Of a stretch of 64,000 nt of DNA, positions 18,234-27,421 are shown one piece after another. Below the pieces are notes generated by a model that was not told the DNA's origin, did no database searches, and saw nothing but the letters and a program-made list of their open reading frames with translations. A program made the position numbers and the translations under genes. The stretch's first letter is position 1, and the number at the start of each line of letters is the position of its first letter. The stretch is from a virus. The stretch spans positions 5,567 to 69,566 of the IMG/VR virus record IMGVR_UViG_3300009086_000015; one strand, given 5' to 3'.

Positions 18234-18566
18234 TTGGCAACAACAGTATATGATGTAGAAGAAATTACATTACAAAATGGAGACAAAGTTACGCTTAAGC
18301 CTTTAACAATTAAAGACCTAAGAGCGTTTATGGAAGCCATAAATAAGACAGCAGAAGCAACAACAGAAAATGATACGTTAACAGTATTAATTGATGCGTG
18401 TGCAGTTGCACTATCTAAACAACTACCAGAATTGGTAAAGGATAGAGACTTACTAGAAGACGCACTAGACGTTCCTACAATCAATCGCATTCTTGAAGTT
18501 TGCGGTGGGATTAAGATGGACGACCCAAACCTTCTAGCGGCAGCGGTTCTGGCTGGTCAGAACTAG
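18234..18566 (+). CDS. Tail assembly chaperone (gpG-like)
   Basis: Between major tail and tape measure; RBS AGGAGG; TTG start; contains a slippery site near its 3' end. Confidence 0.8.
   Translation: MATTVYDVEEITLQNGDKVTLKPLTIKDLRAFMEAINKTAEATTENDTLTVLIDACAVALSKQLPELVKDRDLLEDALDVPTINRILEVCGGIKMDDPNLLAAAVLAGQN
18524..18530 (+). other. Programmed -1 ribosomal frameshift site C CCA AAC
   Basis: Canonical X XXY YYZ heptamer in the correct phase; the -1 frame is open from 18515 to 18892. Confidence 0.8.
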
Positions 18567-18892
18567 ATCTAGCCGCTTTATTGGGTGAAGTTTTTCTTTT
18601 AGGAAACTGGAAGAATTACGAAGAACTAGAAAACAGTCTTTCAATGCCAGAACTGATTCAAACTTTTAAATCAATGCAAAAGTCAGAGTCAGAAAAAAGA
18701 AAATTCTTAGCTTCAATTCAAGGAGTTGATTTGGGCCAAGAAGAAAATGAAAATAGTACCACCTTTGAAGATGTTCGAAGAAGAGCACTTGGAGTAAATG
18801 CGTCAGCAGATGACGTTATTGGACTACAAGGTTCGTTTGCAGCAGAAGCTGGATTCGGAGTCGGAGCAGGACTGGGGTACTCCAAGGAGTAA
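18531..18892 (+). CDS. Tail assembly chaperone frameshift extension (gpT-like; fusion 18234..18892)
   Basis: The -1 frame reads ...PSSGSGSGWSELDLAALLGEVFLLGNWKNYEELE... and has no good independent RBS. Confidence 0.75.
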
Positions 18893-18898
18893 AAGTAG

Positions 18899-21800
18899 TT
18901 GGTCGATCAAAATATTAATACCAACATAACTGCGACGGCGAATTTTAGTAGCCTTACAGCGCAGTTACAGGCCGTTACAGCCCAACTCATAAAACTTCAA
19001 ACGACTACTGTTGGGTTAAACCAAAAGCTTCAGGGTCAAATAGGACAGATGAACAGGTCCTTCGTAGATACTATGCGATCAACGGGCCAGTTCTCTTCCC
19101 ACTTTGTTACACTATCATCTGATGTAGATAAGTTTGGTAAAAACTTAGACGCAGGCAGAATGAAACTTGGCCAATATTTCAATACATGGCAAAGTCATGC
19201 AAAGGGCACAACCAATATAGTAAAAGAATTAGCAAAGCAGCAAGTAATGCTGCAAAATGCTGTAGTACAACCACTTGGTAAAAATGCTCAGGGCTTGATG
19301 CAATACAACGTAATGGTTGCACGAGGCTTAGATGAAAACAAAAACAAGCTTCAGCTCTTAAGACAAGAGCAAGCAATAATGAACAAGGTCATGCAAGATG
19401 GATCTAATCAATTAATTAACTGGGGTAAGAATACACAGTGGGCTGGTAGACAGCTTACCGTTGGACTTACTGTACCAATTGCTGCTTTTGGCGCAGCAGC
19501 ATCAAAAGCGTTCAGAGACGCAGACGCCGAGCTTATTAGACTACAAAAGGTTTATGGCGGATTAACTGCATCTACTACTGCTGAGCTTGAAAAGGTCAGA
19601 AGAGATGTAACTGGTATAGCCAAAGAGATGGCATCGGCATATGGAGTTTCATTTAAAGACACAATCGCACTAGCTGCAGATCTTGCTGCCACTGGTAAAC
19701 AAGGCGCAGACTTAATGAAAGCAACACAAGAAACAACAAGACTTGCGGTGCTTGGTGAAGTAGATAGACAAGATGCAATGAAAGCAACTCTTGCTATTCA
19801 AAATGCATTTAAGCAAAACACACAAGAGCTTACAGAATCAATTAACTTCCTCAACGCAGTTGAAAACCAGACATCAACAAGTCTTGCAGATCTAACTGAA
19901 GCAATTCCAAAAGCTGGTCCAGTCATTAAATCATTGGGTGGAGACGTACAAGATTTAGCTCTCTACCTAACAGCAATGAAAGAAGGCGGAGTAAATGCCT
20001 CAGAAGGAGCTAACGCAATTAAATCTGCAATGGCATCTCTCATTAACCCTACAAAAGTTGCAAGAGAAATGTTTGCTGGATTTGGAATTGATATAGCTGG
20101 AATTGTTACATCTAATGCTGGAGACCTAACAGGAACAATTGTTGCACTACAGAAATCTTTAGATAGCCTTGATCCACTAAGCAAATCAAAAGCAATTGAG
20201 CAGCTATTTGGAAAGTTCCAGTTTGCTAGAATGTCTGCTCTGTTTGAAAACCTTGGAAAAGAAGGAAGCCAGACGCTGCAGGTTTTAGATTTGATGAAAG
20301 CCAGCACACAAGAATTAGCAGCTATCTCTGACCGAGAATTAAAAATGATGACAGAGTCTGCATCTGGTAAGTACCGCAGAGCTCTAGAATCAGTAAAGGC
20401 AGACCTTGCTGTTATTGGAGAATCTTTCTTAAAGATAAATACTTTTATATTAAATGTTATTGATGGAATTGTTAAGTTTGTTGGAAAACTTCCTGGACCA
20501 ATTAAATCTATATTAACATTTGTGGGCGGACTGACTGCAGTTGCTGGACCACTTATCATGCTTACTGGTGTGCTTGCAAACTTCTTTGGATACATAGTAA
20601 AGGGAATGTTTAGCCTAAAGCAATTCTTTAAAGGCGGAGAGCAGTTCAAGCTTCTAACCCCAGAGCTAGTTGCAGCAGATGCTGCAGCAAAAGCAGTAGG
20701 AGAATCATTCTATAGCGATGCAAAGGCAGCAAAGGTATTTGAAGATGCAGTACTAGCACTGTCTAGATCATTTGATATTTTGCAAACAAAAGCAGCAATG
20801 GCAACACAGGCAACTCACTCAAGTGTAAACGTTAGCACAATCGCAGGTAATGCTGTCACTTCAGGCGCAGGGTTTGATAGAGTTGTTGATAAAGACAGCC
20901 CTTATTTGGGCAAGCCTTACTCTAGAGATATGTCTCACACAATTCCATCTGGACAAGAACAGCTTGGAACAATATTTGGAGTAGTTCCTGGAACTGGTCC
21001 AGTAAATAGAAAGATTAGTAATAACCCACAGATGTACATGGACGGAGATCTTCCAAGAGTTCCTGGAGTAACTTCTGTAAACAGCGTTTCAACAGGCATA
21101 GTGGCAAGCGAAGCCGCAAAGTGGCACTCAATGACAGCGGCAATTGCAATGCAGTCAAAAGAAGAACTTGCACTACTTAAGCAAGAAGTTGCTGCAACTG
21201 GAACTGTAACAGCAGAACTATCCGCATCGTATTCAGCAATGCTACCACCAATGGTAGAGCTAACATCTATGGCAGCTGCAGAAGGTGGAGCAATTGTAGC
21301 AGAACTTAAGGCTGGCAAAATAACTGTAGATCAGGCAAGAGCAAAGATTATTGCACTCAATCAACAGGTAGAAGCAATGATGGCAGAGACATCCCAGATG
21401 GTTGCAGCAAGCATGGGAAGAACAATTAATCTTACAACAGTCCCACTGACGTCACAGCCAACAGTAGATCCAATAACTGGAAAATCTAACATGAAAGAAA
21501 TGTTCCACAAAGGAACAACAAAGAATCTTGTAGATAAGATTGCAAGATCTCTTGGAGTTAGAACTTCTGGCGGAGGCTACAGTACAGAAACAACAAAGCC
21601 TATTATTAGAAGAAATGAAGGTGGAATGGTATACGATCCTTCAAAGCATGGATCAGTTGTACCAGGACCAGCAAATGTAGATTACGATATGATCCCAGCA
21701 AAACTTCCAGAAGGAAGCTATATACTTAATCAAGAAGCATCACGTAAAAATCCTAGCCTAGTAAACATGGCAAAGAACAAATACGCAGGCGGAGGAAAAG

Positions 21801-24800
21801 TTGTAGATGCAATATTAACACCAAGAGAAACATACTTTGACCCAGAGTTCACAGCTGCAAATAAGCCAATGCTTGATAGAGCAAATAGTGGATCAAGAAT
21901 TGAATTTAATTCTGGTGGATTCCTTGGCGGAATGGTAAGAAGCGGAATTAGAAATTATGGAAAGATGCAAGACATGTTCCCAGCTCAAGCAAGTGGCTCA
22001 TATGAACTTAATAAAACATCAGAGTATTTAGACTTCTTAACAAGCAATTCGTATCAAGATGACATTGTTCCTAACCTAATTCAAAATGATGCTGCTGCTA
22101 TATTAAATAATTCTAAAGACATGAATATGACACCAACCCAAGCAGTCGATATTGCAGAAAAAGCAGTAAAGGCATCTATTGAAAGTCATAAAGAATATGT
22201 AAGAACTGGTAAAGGCTTAACATACACAGAGTCTCAAAGAAAGTTTATGCATGACAATTTTCCTGAGCTTGTTATAACAAGACCAAACGGAATGAATGAT
22301 GTTGATTGGAATAAAGAAAAAAAGAAGAAAGCTGGCGGAAACGCAACTATAAGAAAAAGCATCCTGTCTGTATTAAAAAAGAGATACCCAGGCTCTACAA
22401 TATATCATGACCGTGACCGTGCACATATAGAAAGAGGCACAGGAAATATTGCAGCAAGAGGATACTTTGGAGAAGCAGCACATGATCCATTCAATAGATT
22501 TGGAAACAGACTGCATCTAAGAGGAATTATAGATGACACAGTGCCATTAACCAGAGATGAGGCTTTGGCAAGAGCGCATAAGCTTTCTGTAGCTTTAGGA
22601 TTTAAAGACGTTGATGATTACAGAGCACACGTACCAGTAATTGAAAAATGGCTAAAAACTGGAAAGTGGAATGGAAGAGGCCCGATACCAGAAAATCTTG
22701 TACGTGCACTTGGTGGAGATATGAAGGTATTTAGAAGTTCAGGAACGCCTTCTAAATCAAAAACACAAAGACAACCAAGAACAATTATGATCAGAGGCAG
22801 AAAACTCCAGCTTGCTAATGATGGTGGAATGATTGGCGGAATGGTAAGTCAAGGAAAGTATGCTTATGGAGATCCTGCTGCAGCTGCAAGATTAAAAGCA
22901 TTTGCAGATGCACAGCAAGTAAGAAGAACAGCACAGCATCAAAAAAATCTTGAAAGATTCCCTTGGATTAAACCACAGATTGATGCATATCGAGCATCTA
23001 AAAAAGGACACTTCCTTGGAATGCCAAGGGGAATTAAAGCAGTAGAAGAGCAAAGAAAAGCAAGACTTGCAATGGAAGAAATTAATTCCTCAGTGATGAC
23101 AAGCAGATTTGCTGACATGGACCCGACTGATTTTGGAATGCTTGTTTCCCCAACTACTGGAAGAAGCTTCCCAGTTTCTGGAATTGGCGGATTATATAAA
23201 AAGCCAGATGGTTCTATGGTATTTGTTAAACCAGTAATGGATGAGACAGCTGCTTTGGCGGAACAAAGAGCAACAATAATTGCAAGAGAAGCACATGGAT
23301 TAAATGCACCAAGACAAGATATTAAAACAATGATAGATCCAACAGATCCTACTGGTAAGAGAAAATTAATTGTTTTAGAGTCACCATTTGATGAAGCATT
23401 TGCAAAATCAAGTGGAACATTTACACAATCAGAATACTTCAAACAGCTCGTAGCAGCGAATCTAAGAGGAGATAAAGATCTTAGTGCAAGTAACCTATAT
23501 GGCTCAACTTTAGCCGATGTAGGGACTGCTGGTGTATTTAAAATGGCATCTGGCAAGAGGTCATACGCAAGTGATATGCCATCAATGTCTGATCAAGCTC
23601 GTATTAACCTATTAGGCGTTAAGGGTGGGGCTAAAAAATTCTTTGCTGAATCTACATTAAATATTCCAAAGGGGATGAAAGCAAAAGACTATCATGAAGC
23701 AATGATTGCTGAGATAGATAGTGTTCTTCCTAAATTAGAAAAAACAATAGCTCAGTTTGATTTGAGTATAGATGAAAGACAATACTATAGAGCAATGATA
23801 GATAGACTAAAGGCTGGAAGAAATGTTAACTGGGAAGAATTCCATGGCATCCATTCTGCAGTAAAGACATCTGCTACAAAAGCATTATCCCCAGCTGCAC
23901 TTCTCAAATTAAAAACAGAATCAGAATTAAGAATGAGACAAAGAGGACATGCTGCTAGCTTGTCAGATAATGCATTTAAGAACGATGCCAATGGATTTAA
24001 TATGGGCGGAATGGTTCAAGCAAGAGCAATGGGCGGACCAGTAAATTCTGGACAGCCATATCTTGTTGGAGAAAAAGGACCAGAACTATTTGTTCCAAAA
24101 AATAATGGTGGAATAGTTTCAAACTATGCTCTTGGCGGTATGGTTAGGTCTAATAAAAATGGCTATGGAAAGTATTCTGCATTCCGTTCAAAAGTTAGAG
24201 GCACTGGAACAATAAGAACACCAAAGCTAGATGCAGAGGGAAATATTATTGCTCCAGATCCAAGTTCTGGCATGGCCTCATCAATGGCTGGAATGGCCAT
24301 GATGATGGGTGGTCAACAAATCGGAGGTACCGTAGGATCTGGTATGACCTTTGCTGGAATGGCAATGCAAATGGCACCACTGCTTCCAATGTTAACTAAA
24401 GCAAGAACCTATATTGCTGGTATGGGTGGCGCTCTAAAAGCTCTTGGGTCATTTGGTCCAAAAATACTTATTGCCTTAAGGGCAGGAATTGCAGCATTGA
24501 TGGGACCACTTGGTCTTGTATCACTTGCACTTGGCGGACTCTTTATGTTGTGGAAACGATATAGAGAAGAGCAGGCACAAAATAGAAAAGAAGAAATTCT
24601 TTCTAACGGTATAACTAAAAAGGGCGCACAAGAAGCAGGAATTAGATATAACAATATGTCTAATTCAATTGCAGATGTTAACGCACAGCTTGAGCTAACT
24701 CGCGCAAAAGGAAAAGCTGCATTTGAGAATTTAAATAGCGCTGGAGTTCAAGGCCTATCATTAACTATTGCTGAACTTAAGAAAGCAATTAAAGAAGCTA

Positions 24801-26983
24801 AAGCAAGTCAAAAAGAACTTGTTGAAGGATTTAGCAATGCTGGAAGTGGCAGTGCATCAACTCAAGAAAAACAAAAGATTGTTAATGAAATGGCTACCAA
24901 CCTAAAGGCACAATTTGTTGCCGCAGGAATGTCAGCGCAACAAGCAACAAATAAAATATTTGCAATAATTAAAGCATCAAAAAATGCAGACATGGCTTTT
25001 AATGCAATATCTTCAAAAGGCTTTGGCGAAATTATTGATAAAACCACTGCTGCTACATCTATGGTAGAAAAGCTTAACAAGAAAATGGCAGAGACAAAGC
25101 TTGTTCAAGCTTCTGGCGGTGGCTATAAAGCAGAGTCTTCATTTAAGGGAGAAGCATTAGGAAACGCTTTGTCAAACACCACGGCAGCAATAGATGCAAA
25201 CATGAAAGCATTAGTCGGAACAAAAGATGCAATGGGTAATGTTATAGATGAAGCGACGGCCTACAAGATGACAATAGATGACATAAATTCTAAGACAGGG
25301 TCAACTAATACTCTCACTAAAGAGCAGATAGAAAGTCTCAAAGAGACACACCCTGCTCTACAAGAAATTTTAAATACAACAGATACTACTGCAAGCGCAT
25401 TTGCTAAATGGCGAATTGTTTTGTCAGGAGTCAGAGCTGATCTAAAACACATAACAGCAGAAGAAGCAATTGCTATAGCACAATTTGAAGAGGGTCTAAA
25501 CTCTGCAATAGAAGCGCAAGAAAAAACTGGGGCTGGTGTATTAGGTAAATCTCAAACAATAATTAATAAGTTGCAGTTGCAAATAGGTAAGGGGCTGGCG
25601 GCACAACAAAAAGCTCACAACCAGGCAATGGGTAACATAGAAGATGAAATCAAGGCTATAGATAAAAAGATAAAAAAGATTCAAGAAGAAGCCGATGCAA
25701 AGATTAAAGCAATTGAAGATGAACAAAAGGCTAATGACTTTAATGCAAATATGCAGCAGCTACAAATTGAAAATCAAGACGCTTTGGCTAAAGGCGACAT
25801 GGCTGGTGCTGCACTTACACAAATTAAGATTAGGCAGCTTGCTGACCAAAGACAAAAAGAATTAGCAATAAATGCAATAAGAGAAAAAGAAGCAAAGGAA
25901 ATCGATGCTTTAAATAAAAAGAAAGAAGGTCTTGCTGCAAAGCAAGAAGCTTCAGCAAAGAGACTTGCAGCGCTTCAAGAAGCAGCAGCAAAGACTCAAA
26001 TTAGACTCGATAAGATTAAAACTTACCAGCTAGAGTATGAAAATTTACTTAAAGAAAAAGCAAATATTAATTTAATGGCAGAAGGCAAAGACAAAGAAGA
26101 AGCTATTAAAGCATTTAGAGGAAACCTTGGCGCACTAGGACAAAATCTTTCTAAAGATGCAACAGGCAAAGACTCAGCCCTAGCTTCTATGGTAAAAGAT
26201 ATATTTCAAGGAACAATGATTGGCTCTAAGGGAGAATCCCTTGCTGGTAAAATTTCTACTACTTACAATGGTCGCCCAGTTACCTCATATGTTCCAGGAA
26301 TTGCTGATGCAAAAGTTGGAGCTGCGGCAAATGATATATCTTTAAAGGCAGCAGAATCAATCAAGGGCGGAGCTACACTTTATGATGTTATGCTTGCAGT
26401 GAGAGGCCAGGGCAAAGACGGAGGCTGGTCAAAAGAAAATGCTATTCCAGTGCCCACAAATTACGATAAATATAAAACTAGAGATGGAGGAATCCTTACC
26501 GATCCAGCCAAGGTGCAAATTGCAACAGAGCTAGGTTTACAAAAAGATCAATATTTCAAGTATCTTGGAAAAACCTATAGAGTTTACGATCCAACTCAAG
26601 GAAGCAGGATAATTAGGCAGGCAAAAGGCGGACCAGTGTTTGGTGCTGGAAGTGCGACATCAGATTCTATTCCAGCTATGCTTTCAAATGGTGAGTATGT
26701 AATTAATGCTAAGTCTGCATCCGCATACGGATACCAGAATCTTGATACAATAAATAGAATGGCTCAAGGCGGATTAGCAGTAAGATATGATATTCCATCT
26801 GGATCTAAAATTAAAGCCAATATGGCAACTGGCGGAGTAGCAAATTCTTCACAAACAGTATATAATGTTAACATAGAGCTTAATGGAACAAATGTAACTG
26901 TTGACGATGTAATGAATAAATTTGACCAAAGAATGCGAAACGTTAACGCAACAATGGGTCGAGTAGTAACGAATAGGAAGTGA
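18899..26983 (+). CDS. Tape measure protein (2694 aa) with inserted non-helical domains
   Basis: TP901-type TMP region (A.LAATG.QG..L..AT..T.RLA.LG, ENQT..SL.DL..AIP, G..ASEGANA), hydrophobic segments, coiled coils, C-terminal GGPV.G.G..TSDSIPAMLSNGEYV motif. Confidence 0.93.
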   Translation: MVDQNINTNITATANFSSLTAQLQAVTAQLIKLQTTTVGLNQKLQGQIGQMNRSFVDTMRSTGQFSSHFVTLSSDVDKFGKNLDAGRMKLGQYFNTWQSHAKGTTNIVKELAKQQVMLQNAVVQPLGKNAQGLMQYNVMVARGLDENKNKLQLLRQEQAIMNKVMQDGSNQLINWGKNTQWAGRQLTVGLTVPIAAFGAAASKAFRDADAELIRLQKVYGGLTASTTAELEKVRRDVTGIAKEMASAYGVSFKDTIALAADLAATGKQGADLMKATQETTRLAVLGEVDRQDAMKATLAIQNAFKQNTQELTESINFLNAVENQTSTSLADLTEAIPKAGPVIKSLGGDVQDLALYLTAMKEGGVNASEGANAIKSAMASLINPTKVAREMFAGFGIDIAGIVTSNAGDLTGTIVALQKSLDSLDPLSKSKAIEQLFGKFQFARMSALFENLGKEGSQTLQVLDLMKASTQELAAISDRELKMMTESASGKYRRALESVKADLAVIGESFLKINTFILNVIDGIVKFVGKLPGPIKSILTFVGGLTAVAGPLIMLTGVLANFFGYIVKGMFSLKQFFKGGEQFKLLTPELVAADAAAKAVGESFYSDAKAAKVFEDAVLALSRSFDILQTKAAMATQATHSSVNVSTIAGNAVTSGAGFDRVVDKDSPYLGKPYSRDMSHTIPSGQEQLGTIFGVVPGTGPVNRKISNNPQMYMDGDLPRVPGVTSVNSVSTGIVASEAAKWHSMTAAIAMQSKEELALLKQEVAATGTVTAELSASYSAMLPPMVELTSMAAAEGGAIVAELKAGKITVDQARAKIIALNQQVEAMMAETSQMVAASMGRTINLTTVPLTSQPTVDPITGKSNMKEMFHKGTTKNLVDKIARSLGVRTSGGGYSTETTKPIIRRNEGGMVYDPSKHGSVVPGPANVDYDMIPAKLPEGSYILNQEASRKNPSLVNMAKNKYAGGGKVVDAILTPRETYFDPEFTAANKPMLDRANSGSRIEFNSGGFLGGMVRSGIRNYGKMQDMFPAQASGSYELNKTSEYLDFLTSNSYQDDIVPNLIQNDAAAILNNSKDMNMTPTQAVDIAEKAVKASIESHKEYVRTGKGLTYTESQRKFMHDNFPELVITRPNGMNDVDWNKEKKKKAGGNATIRKSILSVLKKRYPGSTIYHDRDRAHIERGTGNIAARGYFGEAAHDPFNRFGNRLHLRGIIDDTVPLTRDEALARAHKLSVALGFKDVDDYRAHVPVIEKWLKTGKWNGRGPIPENLVRALGGDMKVFRSSGTPSKSKTQRQPRTIMIRGRKLQLANDGGMIGGMVSQGKYAYGDPAAAARLKAFADAQQVRRTAQHQKNLERFPWIKPQIDAYRASKKGHFLGMPRGIKAVEEQRKARLAMEEINSSVMTSRFADMDPTDFGMLVSPTTGRSFPVSGIGGLYKKPDGSMVFVKPVMDETAALAEQRATIIAREAHGLNAPRQDIKTMIDPTDPTGKRKLIVLESPFDEAFAKSSGTFTQSEYFKQLVAANLRGDKDLSASNLYGSTLADVGTAGVFKMASGKRSYASDMPSMSDQARINLLGVKGGAKKFFAESTLNIPKGMKAKDYHEAMIAEIDSVLPKLEKTIAQFDLSIDERQYYRAMIDRLKAGRNVNWEEFHGIHSAVKTSATKALSPAALLKLKTESELRMRQRGHAASLSDNAFKNDANGFNMGGMVQARAMGGPVNSGQPYLVGEKGPELFVPKNNGGIVSNYALGGMVRSNKNGYGKYSAFRSKVRGTGTIRTPKLDAEGNIIAPDPSSGMASSMAGMAMMMGGQQIGGTVGSGMTFAGMAMQMAPLLPMLTKARTYIAGMGGALKALGSFGPKILIALRAGIAALMGPLGLVSLALGGLFMLWKRYREEQAQNRKEEILSNGITKKGAQEAGIRYNNMSNSIADVNAQLELTRAKGKAAFENLNSAGVQGLSLTIAELKKAIKEAKASQKELVEGFSNAGSGSASTQEKQKIVNEMATNLKAQFVAAGMSAQQATNKIFAIIKASKNADMAFNAISSKGFGEIIDKTTAATSMVEKLNKKMAETKLVQASGGGYKAESSFKGEALGNALSNTTAAIDANMKALVGTKDAMGNVIDEATAYKMTIDDINSKTGSTNTLTKEQIESLKETHPALQEILNTTDTTASAFAKWRIVLSGVRADLKHITAEEAIAIAQFEEGLNSAIEAQEKTGAGVLGKSQTIINKLQLQIGKGLAAQQKAHNQAMGNIEDEIKAIDKKIKKIQEEADAKIKAIEDEQKANDFNANMQQLQIENQDALAKGDMAGAALTQIKIRQLADQRQKELAINAIREKEAKEIDALNKKKEGLAAKQEASAKRLAALQEAAAKTQIRLDKIKTYQLEYENLLKEKANINLMAEGKDKEEAIKAFRGNLGALGQNLSKDATGKDSALASMVKDIFQGTMIGSKGESLAGKISTTYNGRPVTSYVPGIADAKVGAAANDISLKAAESIKGGATLYDVMLAVRGQGKDGGWSKENAIPVPTNYDKYKTRDGGILTDPAKVQIATELGLQKDQYFKYLGKTYRVYDPTQGSRIIRQAKGGPVFGAGSATSDSIPAMLSNGEYVINAKSASAYGYQNLDTINRMAQGGLAVRYDIPSGSKIKANMATGGVANSSQTVYNVNIELNGTNVTVDDVMNKFDQRMRNVNATMGRVVTNRK

Positions 26984-26989
26984 TTATAT

Positions 26990-27421
26990 ATGCTAATGCC
27001 TAGAGGCTCAATTCTCCAGATAGAATCAAATGGCGCCTACCATAAAGTCACCGAACATAACAGATCTGCTTTTGATATTAGCCCACAAAGAATAGAAACC
27101 CAAACAAGAATGGTTAATGGATCATTAAGAAAATTTTGGATTGCAGATAAAAGAGCATTCAGCCTTTCTTGGGACATGCTTCCACACTCAACAGATTTAA
27201 CAGTAGATGGAAAATGGGGAGCAGAAGATATACAGAATTTTTATTACAGCCCTGAAGGCAGAGGCGCATTTAATATAAAGATTAATCTGGCAACGGATGG
27301 AACCAATCAAGAAAGCACTGGAGAAGTTGTAAAAGTAATGTTTCAGAGTGCGTCCTTTAGCGTTTTAAAAAGAGGCCTGGAACCATTCTGGAGCGTATCT
27401 ATAACACTGGATGAAGTCTAA
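26990..27421 (+). CDS. Distal tail/minor tail protein
   Basis: Directly after the TMP; R..NG.LR...IADKR.F.LSW..LP pattern. Confidence 0.65.
   Translation: MLMPRGSILQIESNGAYHKVTEHNRSAFDISPQRIETQTRMVNGSLRKFWIADKRAFSLSWDMLPHSTDLTVDGKWGAEDIQNFYYSPEGRGAFNIKINLATDGTNQESTGEVVKVMFQSASFSVLKRGLEPFWSVSITLDEV

Noticed and set aside
19963-23556. Long antisense ORFs within the tape measure gene
   Set aside because: Typical antisense shadows with no RBS or recognisable motifs; the window is uniformly + strand coded.
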